Shown piece by piece: positions 25,360-37,200 of a stretch of DNA of 64,000 nt. The position numbers and the translations under genes are program-made. The notes below the pieces were generated by a model. It searched no databases, was not told where the DNA came from, and was given only the letters and a program-made list of their open reading frames with translations. The DNA lies in contig OZ037767.1 in assembly GCA_964035545.1 (NCBI GenBank), forward strand, positions 20,662,628-20,726,627. The letters run 5' to 3'. This DNA comes from Bugula neritina. Its lineage: Eukaryota > Animalia > Bryozoa. Within the stretch, counting starts at the first letter, position 1. Each line of letters begins with the position of its first letter.

Positions 25360-28024
25360 TCCACTCCTTACATTTTTATCCCACTGATATGTCCATTTGA
25401 TGACTTATATAGTTTTTGTATATAGTTTTCTAGCTGTTAGTTTTTGTCCTATGTTTACTCTATATACTTTATTACTAAAATGCCTAAATATCTACGTTTA
25501 AAGTTTATATATCGTATATCGATGCATATGCATTGCTTCTGCAATGCCCAGTAACCCGGTGAATCTTTGCTATGCTTATTTGTGAGTAAATAATAATAAT
25601 TCACATGCATTAATTCTATATTTTAATATACTACCAGTTTTACAGTAGTAGTTTATTATTGTTTGAAAATAAATTCTCACTAAAGCCAAATGTATATTGG
25701 GTATTTTATTAACTTCTCAGCATGTGTGTTGGTCATTGCATCAGCTAATTGCATTCTGCTGATTATTGCTGCATAATGCCATGTCTAGCCAAGTGATTTA
25801 GGACTAGAGATTTATAGCATGCATTATAAAGCTGGGCAACACTGATACTTAGCCTGAATACAATTCCTAACATGCATTATAATTAAACATAAGTCTACAT
25901 GTAAAGAACCTGCTATGGCAGAAAGTAATTATCACTGAGCACTGTATTGACTGCATCAAGGGTATCAAAATAGCAGGACATTACTCTAAGCAACCTATAC
26001 AACATACAAATTACGATCACTCCAAGGTCGCATGATATGGATCACGCCCCGAGCACATGTACTGCCCTGCATAGTGACGACACAAACAATGGTACGCGTA
26101 ATGTACTTGCTGCTTGTACGTGATAGCTACCACATGGCTGCAAATTTTTTCTATTCATTGCAAAAAACCACAAATATAACGGCTCTTATGATCCATGATA
26201 CGAGTTTTAAAACCTTGCACTTTGAGCATCTCTTCACCGTGCAAAAATGCATAATAGTATCCCAACCAGTCTATATTTATAAGTATTTCATGTTAACAGC
26301 AAAACTATTACTCCACCAATAATTGTGCTGTTTCAACACCAGATGAATAGCCTAGCTACTCAGATCAAGAAATAATTTGACCACAAAACGCTACAAAACT
26401 TTCTACAGTGCAGTGTTAAAGAACTGCTATTGCTGATATACAATGACCTAGTGGTTGTCAATGCTGTAAGCTTGATTTAAACAAGGATAAGGAGTGGTAA
26501 ACTTTTTCATCTAACCTATTAAAATTTTTGTTCTATTAGACTGTTTATATTTTAAACAAAGTTGAAATGGCTTGCCATTAGAAAATGAGATAGTCCCACA
26601 TGTAATGTACTTTCTTTCTTGTTACAAACCTTGCTGGTTAGTTTAAGGAGTATGCATTGCCAAACTAAAGTTCCTTGCAAATTATACAACTTTGGCCATT
26701 TTAAAAAGTGCTCAAATATTGAAACATCCTATTACAGCATTCAATACTGACGTGAGAGTCAAACAAGACAAATAAATGCAAGAAAGGCAATGAAGCAGCA
26801 CACAAGCTATCTAAGTTGATTGTAAGTCAGCAGTTTGGAGCAGCTGAACTAATTTGGAAAATAGTCATTGCTTTAAATGGCAATACCATCACCAAAATAA
26901 TATCATTTTTACTAAGTTTTTTGAAAACTTACCACTAGGAATAGCTCCAGAGTTAGAAATAATAGGAATCACATAATAATTAAAATATTTTGTAATAAAA
27001 AAGTATCTTTATACTTAACTGTATAAAGATGCATAAAACTAGCTAGCTTTTTTTTAGGTCAAAATAAAACAACTTTATTAAATAGTAGATAACTATATTT
27101 AGTTCAAAATAAACAGATGAACCATGACTGTGATCAGGGTCGCAGCCGTAACATTTTATAGCTGGATAAACAAGTAAAAATTACATAAATAGAAGCTGTT
27201 TAAAAGAATGTGCAGCCTGCTGTAACCAGGAGAAAACAACTGCATCACCAACATCTACATCTTGACTAAAACAGTACGACAATAAAATGTGCTCAAGTAT
27301 AGAGAGATGACAATCGTAGTTCTCAGCATAGCAGCATGGCATTGAACAAGCTGGCCAAATAATGAATATATAATACTCCGTACGCTTGCCCACTGGGAGT
27401 ACCCATTTGTAGTATGGACATTTATCTTCCCATGCATGGACACTTGATATTTGATAACTGTCTGTAGCAGTCTCATTACTTTAATTAATTAAAAAGCGCC
27501 AATAAACTGAGTGGGGTTTTCAATGATGAACAATAGAAAATTTATGGTAATACTAAATGTGGAATTCGGCTATATATACAAATTGCCTTTATTAGACCAA
27601 TTAAAATCTATTTTAGCCCAAAAATCTGAAAACCATCTGCTGAGAGCATGGGGGTCGGGCACTCCCATTGGTGACTGACAATAAGTAACTAACATTAGAA
27701 AAAAACTGTGCTTTGTAAACTGTGGGAATGCTAAACATTTGTAGTCATCATATATGATAACAGTTTAAATAACAATTTGTAAGCATAAAATAAGAATTAC
27801 TAATATAGCGCTTCCTTCCTTTACTAACTACCAAGTAGTGCAAATGCTAAAAAATCATTAGTTTTACAATAAAATCTCTTTCATTATAAAAGGAAAAGCA
27901 TATAATATTAACAGGCACATAGAATTATTTAGCCAGCTACAACACTTACACTATTAATGTGATAGAATATGGAGACCTGTATATAAAGACTAAGATTAAA
28001 TGAAACTGAAGCCTGGGCTCTCCA

Positions 28025-28243
28025 CTACACCATGTCGAGGGTGTACGGCAGGCGTCCCTCAACGATTTGCCAAATTTGCCCCTCATCACTTTCATCATCA
28101 GCATTCCCTTCGCTAATGCCAAGGTCAGCTAACATTTTGACTGTATTATCTTTCTTTGAGAACATTAATTCGTCTATTTTTCTCCAGGCTGTCTCTTCAT
28201 AGTTGAGTGACGCCACCAAAGCCTCTTCGCCCTTAGTGGACTT
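28025..28243 (-). CDS. MAP7: Candidate distal terminal exon of MAP7 (72 aa, KSTKGEE...PYTLDMV*)
   Basis: Acceptor gtgtttcag. The frame is open in phase 0, matching the donor at 31411, with coding-like composition. Confidence 0.65.
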   Translation of the reverse strand, partial: KSTKGEEALVASLNYEETAWRKIDELMFSKKDNTVKMLADLGISEGNADDESDEGQIWQIVEGRLPYTLDMV

Positions 28244-31200
28244 CTGAAACACAACAGCAAAACATTACCAACACTGCCACAGACATTATTCTTGCTGAAG
28301 CATTCGGAAAGAGGAAGCAAATCCCAACTGCAAGCTGTGAGAGCTTATACACCATGTAGTCTGAGAGTATGTTCCTACAGACTGAGCAGGTTGCTTAGAA
28401 CTCCTCTACAAGGTTGAACAACTCCAGATGATAAAGTAACTGAACTGGTCAACTAAGAACAGAGCAACGATAACCTTAACCCACACTGAGAGTTGCAGCA
28501 GAAACACAAAGTGCTTTTTTTCTGCTTTTGTTGAGCTAAACAAAAGTCAATGTTTAGTAATTAGAGAAGCAAACATTAAAGCATAGCAGCTGCAACATGT
28601 AGGAGTTGTGCCCCACGAGGGAAGCCTAATTGGAAATCTATCGCTGATTATACAGCTGTATACAGTCATTAGATTAAAAACTGCTTGGGAACAGTGTAGA
28701 TTTAGAAAGAGTGTAGATTTAGAAAGAGTGTAAATGTAGAAAGAGTGTAGATTTAGAAAGAGTGTAGATGCAGAAAGAGTGTAAATGTAGAAAGAGTGTA
28801 GATGTATAAAGAGTGTAGATTTAGAAAGAGTGTAGATGTAGAAAGAGTGTAGATATATAAAGAGTGTAGATGTAGAAAGAGTGTAGATGTAGAAAGAGTG
28901 TAGATGTATAAAGAGACTTCATAGCATTTGACAGAATCATTAAAATGCTGGTTTTACCGAAACAAACAAAACAAGGTAATGAATGTTAATGTTAATTTGC
29001 ATAAATCTACACAAACAGATTAATAGACTGAGAGAGAATATTTAGAGGAGAATAATACATATAGGACACTTGTGCAGTACAGCCCCATATCTAACAAGGA
29101 ACTAAGACTAAGATTACCTTAGCCCAGTGTTGCACAATTAATTAGATATTCGGTTTGATGGAGGATAATTCAGCAGGTCTTGATTTTGTCTGATAAAACA
29201 TCAAATAAATGCTGAAAAATTGCCAGGAAGCTACTCAGAACTGTTAGCAGGAAAGAACTTTTTTACACTTACATGCCCTTTAACATGTAACATGTATGTG
29301 ATGTGTGCGCTGTCTGTGTGGGACATGCGTAGCCAGGGCACATGGCAGGACTGAGACATAACAAACAATATATCCAAAGGTTATCTCCTATCCATACAGG
29401 AAACATAACAACACACAAGGACACACAGACAGATAACATCATAGACTGTGCTCCCTAACATGATCATGCATTCAGCTAATGCCTTAAATTCTAAGTTCAC
29501 TGGTGTGGATAACAGCCTAAAAGCCTGATCCCTGGTGATAGATTAACACAATAAACAAGAAGATGGCAGAGCCCCCTATCACTAGACTAACTGTTTATCA
29601 GGGACTGAGCATGAACAGGGGAAGTGATCAGAGTAGGGACTTGTGGGTGGCAGGGAGACGGCAGACGATGGAGTGGGCGAAGGTCAGTTATGAGCTGATG
29701 TTGCAAGACTCTATAGGAATGTAGAGTCTGGCTGAGTTACTATCAGCTGAGTTACCAGAAACAGAAGGTGTGAAGTCCAACAGTCTCATCGCAGGCTGAA
29801 TGACTGTTAGACTGTAGTTACAGACTGCACAGATATGTGGATGTTTGCTTAGTCTGCACCATTATTTTTGGTTTACCATTGCTCTATTTCAAGAGCAGAC
29901 AACTTGTCATGCTAGAAAATGCAATTCTGCACCTATATAGACTATTGCAACTACAGCATGTGCTGCACCATAACATATATTGTAATATAGCATGCACATA
30001 TATGTGCACTTAGTGTATATAAACCATATAATCCCTCTATAAAAACCCACATTGTATATAGATCTTAAGCTACAGTGAAATAACCAAGGCCACAACTGCA
30101 GGTTGATATAATAGGAATATATTACTGTACAACAAACTGAAATATGTCATCAGTAGCCTAATTAATGATTTTATTCCGTGCTAACAGAATAGACTACAAA
30201 GGCAATAATCTACATAATATAAAGAAAAAAGTAATTATTAAGGCTGTATATAGACTGTTAATGCATACAATATGGAACATTAGTCTGTTGTAACTAATGG
30301 TTACCTAGACACAAGTTTCCTAATAGGAAACTTAGCCTAATAGCCTAATGCCTAAGCTAATGCCATAGCCTAATGTTCCAAGGAACAAGCAATTAGAATA
30401 TTATAGTAAACTTTGAATATCTTCATCTGTGTTAGTTATAATTGCATTTCAGTTGTCACACTTTCATAGTTGAAGTCAATAAAATGAACCCCACAACTTT
30501 GAATCAATTTTTTCAAACTTGACTCTTCAAAAAATTGTTTTTTCCCAGCAGTTGTTATTGTTTGAGTTTTGTTGACAGTGAACAGCTCAGTAAGATAAGA
30601 GTGGACAGTGTCCAGTTTATAAGTGAAGCCAAGAAACCACAAGTAAACAAAAGCTATTATTAATATAACCACAACAATGTTTACTGGAGCTAGTAAAGGC
30701 TGTGGGAGTGGACTGGTTACTTAGGAGACTGTTGCCTGAATGTTAGAGTCATTAATCAACAGTCATGGCAGTCAGTGGCCAGCTATTAGTTAGTGGAGAG
30801 GCTGTAGAACAAAACTCAACTAACTTAGGAGCTGTAGGGGAGAAATTGAGATAGCCTAAGTTCTTTAATTTTATTATAAAATTTTGTTTTGGAGCTCGAG
30901 TTAAAATTCTCACGAGAACATAACTTCTTTTGTTAAATTTTCAATATAAAACACAGGCATTTTCAATTTTTGAAGGGGGAGGTGCAGAATCGCGACTGTT
31001 TCAAATAGCCCTAGTTCTAAGAAAGCTGTATTTATGAAGTGATAAGTTTTATGACTATATAATAAAGCAATCCCACCCCAAATCAAAATTCTACGGTCTT
31101 GATGCACGCAGCAGCTACATAGTGAGGACTTGATAGCCAACACAAAGTGGCACAGTTAGCGACTAGGTCACCTAACTACAGGCTGAGGCTAGATAGAGGG

Positions 31201-34200
31201 ATGTGATTAGCAAGTGTGAATTTTAAGAGTACTGCGTGTGTGATATGATATGGTGTGTACTGCATGCATAGTGCATGTGTACTTTGCGTGCACGGCTGCA
31301 CTGCGTGTGAGTGATCATGAAGTAATAATGTTGGCGACTAGCAGCAAGGACTAAGTAGTGAGAAGGTAACTCTGAAATACTATGAAGCAGCAGAAGGCAC
31401 ACCCAGCTACCTGATCATGTGCAGTTACTATGGTTGGGGAGGTATTAGCAGAAAGCGCAGCGTCCCCACCTTCAGTTTGAGCAGCTGTAGTTTCATCAAA
31501 GGCTTTAATAGGTGCTGAGCTTGTGGGTGGGGGATTCTGTTCATTCTGTAGACTTAGAACCTCCTCAAACGTGCCTTGTTTCTCCTCACTGATACCAGCA
31601 CTACATAGTATGTACAGCATATTTATGTGAACACATGCTAGATGAACCAATAGGTGTAGATACAGCAGTTTGAAGGAAAATAACTAATATAGGAGAGGAT
31701 AACTCAGAAATTTCACTAATACATACATTATATTATAAGCTATAGAAATAGCTAGTGATATGCTAGTTGGTATATTATACTGAAGTGAACAATAAGATAG
31801 AGACCAGTTTGATAATAAAACCTTCTTATTCCTTATAATCTACATCTTTCAGTTCCAGTTCTAAATAGTATGTATGAAGTGACTACTGATTTACTAGCAC
31901 TAGAAAGTATCATGGTTTACAACAATATATGATTTGGAAATATACAGTTGTATCTACAGTTAGTATAGAGTATCTACAGTTAGTATAGAGTATCTACAGT
32001 TCGTATAGAGTACCTACAGTTAGTATAGAGTATCTACAGTTAGTATAGAGTATCTACAGTTAGTATAGAGTATCTACAGTTAGTATAGAGTACCTACAGT
32101 TAGTATAGAGTATCTACAGTTAGTATAGAGTATCTACAGTTAGTATAGAGTATCTACAGTTAGTATAGAGTATCTACAGTTAGTATAGAGTATCTACAGT
32201 TAGTATAGAGTATCTACAGTTAGTATAGAGTATTTACAGTTAGTATAGAGTATTTACAGTTAGTATAGAGTATCTACAGTTAGTATAGAGTACCTACAGT
32301 TAGTATAGAGTATCTACAGTTAGTATAGAGTATCTACAGTTAGTATAGAGTATCTACAGTTAGTATAGAGTATTTACAGTTAGTATAGAGTATCTACAGT
32401 TAGTATAGAGTATCTACAGCTGCCATGGAGTTTTTACAGCCTTGAACATACTCAAGTATCAACAGAAAACTACAGCTCACTATATCCCTGCCCCCTAATA
32501 GAGGGGACATATATCCACCCAATTAGGGGCAAGAGAGCAGAGTGGATATATTATACAGTTATAAATCTACTCACCTTTTTTCACCATTCTGATGGGGCGT
32601 GACGCCATTATGTGTATTTGAAGCACCATTTTCTTTAAGTTTGTACGGCGAACTACTACTACTAATATTGTTAGAGTTAAACTTCCAGTCACCCTCGCCT
32701 AGATGGGGCTGACTCCCATTGACTTTGCTGTCTGCAACTGAACCAGTCACGTTAGATCTCGTATCAGACAGACGTATTGCGTCATTGGCATCTGTTGCAG
32801 TGTCTCTATCATTAAGCTGAGAGTCTATTACAGAGTTGTCTTCACTCAACTCGACTAACAGATTGGAATTGTCTTCCTTCTCAACAGTTGACTCTTGGGT
32901 TTGGTGTTCAGGACTAGAGTGGGAGGAATTCTGTAAGCTGTTGGAGCTGCTGGAAGTATTGGAGTTGTCCTCACTGCGATCTGCGCTCACCTTGGCTACA
33001 GTATAATGAGAACACAACTCTGACTACAGTATAATGAGAACACAACTCTGACTACAGTATAATGAGAACACAACTCTGACTACAGTATAATGAGAACACA
33101 ACTCTGACTACAGTAAAAAGAGAACACAACTCTGACTACAGTATAATGAGAACGCAACTATATTATTATAGTTGGTGCTACAAGCTGACATAGTGAAGGT
33201 CACAATGGTAAGGAACTGACTATCTACAGTGAGACTATCAAGGAGAGGGTAGAAACACGTCTGAAGATGCAAAACTGAGCAGACAGTTCAAGTAAATACA
33301 ATTCAATAGACAGTAGAGAGCATAATCCTTTTTCTTATTGTAACTCTGTGACTACTCACTGCCAGTCACTGGGTATTCACTGCTCACACATTCACTAATA
33401 ACGTACTCCAGTTACTACTAAAACTAAGTTATTTCGATACCAACCCATCAAATTGTTGAGTAGAGGAGACGAGAACTTTTTCTCAGACGTCGTATGGCTA
33501 GCCTCTGAGCCTTTGTTACCAATCAGGCCTTGCAGTAGGGGTGACTTGAATGACGTTGCTGTGCCACTGGTGTTAGACAGGGAGCCGGACATGGAGCCGG
33601 TCATAGAGCCAGTCATAGAAGAGGCCATGCTGGGTGGCTCGGAGGCCGTCTGCTGCTGGAGCCGGTCAGGAGTAGGACTCGACGTCTTCACTCGCTTCAT
33701 GATCATCTCTAGTTTCTAGAATTAGAGGAGTCACCTTTACTTGAGTCACAGATATAAAGGATAACTTGAGTGACATATATGGAGTGTAACATGAGTCACA
33801 TATATGGAAAATAACTTGAGTCAAACAATATGAAAATATTAACTGCAAGAAATGATTGCATGGCTCCTTCTATTTCCAGGCTGAATAGAACTGACAGGTG
33901 TTACGAAGTATAAACCTAGTGTCACAGCCGCAGACTACCCAGTAAGACGTCCCGTAACCAGACAGCAAAAGTTAAATAGCGCCCGTCTGGTTGGACCAAG
34001 GCATCCACAAATCCCAAACTGCATATAGACTGCGCTAACTATGACCTTCACCTTTTTCCGCTCTAATTTCTCCTGCTCCTCCTTGGCGATCCTCTCTTGT
34101 CTCTCTCGCTCTCGTTTCTCTGCTTCAACCTTGGCCTTCTCAGCAGCTTCCTCCTTGGCTATTCTCTCCGCCTCAGCCCGCTCGTTCTCTTCCTTTCGTC

Positions 34201-37200
34201 TTTTCTCCTCTTCTTCAATGGCCTTCTGCAGCCGTTCCTGTAAATAGCAAATACCCGCATCTATAAGTAGCAAAAAAGACAACTGCAGACGACAGCTGCA
34301 GAGGACAACTGCAGAGGACAGACTAATCTGACAGAGGTCACACCTGGAGTCGGCCTGACTGACGTACCTGCTCGAGCTCACGTGCCTCTGCGGCCAGTCT
34401 GTTCTGCTCCAGCTCAAATAGTCTCTGCTTCTCCTCTTCCTCTCGCTCTTTCTCTTCTTCTGCTAGACGAGCCTCCTCCTGGCGCCTCCGCTCTTCTTCA
34501 GCCTCTCTTTCAGCTTTCTCACGAGCTTCTCGTCTTTTCTCCGCCAACTTAGCTTTATACTCCTCCATTTCAGCAGCCTGTAATAAACAACATTTGGTTA
34601 GAATTTGCTGAAAACAGGCCAGTATTTCACCAGCTGATAAAATTGCTCTCTTGATTTGACATACATTTTAAATGTTCTCCATAAGAGAAAAATATTCAGA
34701 AATCCAAAGGCATTATAGAAAAGAACCAATGTCTACAATTTTTACAATGATCACAGCATGTGCAATCAATCAAGAAATGAAGACAATAAAAAATCTCACC
34801 TTGGCAGATTTCTTAGACTCATCCTTTGTAGAGGTAGTGAGACTAGACGATGTGGTTGAATCTTTGGCGGGTGCCTCCTTGGCAGGTGGGGCAGCTGCCT
34901 CCTTGGCAGGTGGGGCAGGTGACTCGCTGGCTAGTGATGCAGGTGCCTCGATGACAAGAGATGCAGGTGGTTGTGTAGATGTATCAGGAGATGGCGATTC
35001 TGTAGCAGCACCAACGTTGACATCCGAAGCAGGTGCCTTTTCTGCCACAACTGTTTTTGTATCTTGTTTACTATCCACTTCAGTTGTTGGTGCTGGTAAC
35101 AAATAGAATGTACCAATCTTATGCCTTGAGCCACCAACTCACAAACCTTAGCTGATCACCAAGACATAATGGTAAGATAGATTGATAGAAAAAGCTGAGT
35201 TTTCATATGTATATGAAATCTGCAGTCCATTCTAGACTGGATTTAAAAACATAAAAATATAGGACAAGAAGACAGAAAAGCAACACCAACTCCCCATCAG
35301 CACTGAAGTCTATGAACTTTGACCTACGTACTGATGGTAGAGATAGACATCATCACCAATAAACAATACAATATGGCATCACAACAACTTTAGAATTTGG
35401 TAAGCAGCGAGTAAGTCATACGTATTTCACATCATCTATCTAAAGTACAAGGGAGTATGACATACTAGCAGTGCGAGTTGTCTTGGGTGACTGAGTGCTT
35501 GCAGAATCATTGCTCGACCTCCTACCAGGCGTTGCTGCCTTCGTTGCTGACTTTGAGTCACCAGCATTTACTCTGCTGGAGCTGCTTGACTTGGGTGTCG
35601 CCGGCTTCTTATTGGAGGATGAGTTCTTCACAGGATCTGTGCTCTTAGATTTAGCCAGAGACAACCGCGGAGGCGTTGCCTTGGAGTTATCTGCTGCCTT
35701 CTTTGTTGGCAGGTGAGCTTTAGAGATATTACCAACTGACTGCGCCTGCAACACGCAGAACACAGACTACAAGTCAGAGTTGAAAGTTCAGCTCATTTTA
35801 CAGCAGAAAGAAGTTAGAGGTCTGTGAAGCTACCTATTAACAATGTCGCTGTGGAGCAAATCATGGGAATTAAAAGCGTGGCTCAACCTAAAACCTACCA
35901 ACTATAGGCTATCACTAAGCACCAATGCTACTATCTACACAATACAGATTACAAACAGATGGGCCGTGAAGTATGTGGGTTAAAACAGATAAGCTAAAAT
36001 AAAAAGAAGCATAAACTACAGTTAGTACACAAGACAAGCTACAAACGTGGTATACAACACGTGGCATACAACAGAATGGTGTACGGCAGTACGATGTGAT
36101 CACAACAAGGTTGGCTACAGACCTTTCTCATGGAGCTGGTGCCAGCTGAGCTGGTAGACACACTCGATGGTGTGTAAAGTGACTGCAAGGTGAACAAATT
36201 AGAGTCTATACACAGGTATCGGATTATATTCATTGGTAACAGTTAGTAGTAACAAACAGGTCTTTCTACACTGCCTCCATTTCCTGTTTAATTCAACAAC
36301 TCACAGGAAGTAATAGTCGTAGTTTTCAGTTATAAGTTCTAAGTGAACGTTTCCCACCAGTATTTCCCAACTAATAGTCTCACAACTGTACACTAATAGT
36401 TTTACGGCTATAAACTAGCGTAGAGTCCTACCTTCGACATAGCCTCAGCTTTTGCAGCCTTCTGAGCTTTAGTCGGGCGATCGAGGGTCTTGGCTCTCGA
36501 CTCAAACGATGACTCAGTCTGTTGTTTGCTGCTACGAGTTGCAGACGAACTTCTGGTCTTCAATGAGCTCTACAGCACATACACAGACAACATGAGACAC
36601 ACAGACAGAGTGAGAGGCACACAGAGAGACATAGTGAGAGCAGACATACACAGGCTGAGTGAGGAGGAGACACACAGACAGAAGAAGTGAGACACACAGA
36701 CAGAGCGAGAGGATAGACATACAGACAGACAGATAGTGCGACACATACACACATCTTGTGAGAGGGACATACAGACAGACAAGACGATATGGTTGGAACA
36801 AGGTATTAGAGGGACAACTCACCTTTGATGTAGTGGACTCGCTACTCTCAGTTCCACTGGTGTGACTTGCTGCCGCTTTAGAGGCTGACTTTCTGTCAGC
36901 GGTGTTACTAGTCAAAGGTTTGCGTGCTCCATTAGCAGTGCTGTCAGCTGTTTGAATAGAAGTATACACAAGTGTACATAACTCTTTGAGCAATATTATA
37001 ATCTTTATTGCAACCATATTATACCAGACCAGACAAATAAGACTAGATCTTCATAATGAGAGAAAATCTACACTACAACATAGGATATGTTGAGTAATAC
37101 TGACACAATGTTTTAAATGAAAATGTATTTTCCAAGTTTATTGGAAGTCCTATTTTTAGTTAAATAAAACTGAAGTTACAGCAAAACATAAAATAATAGA

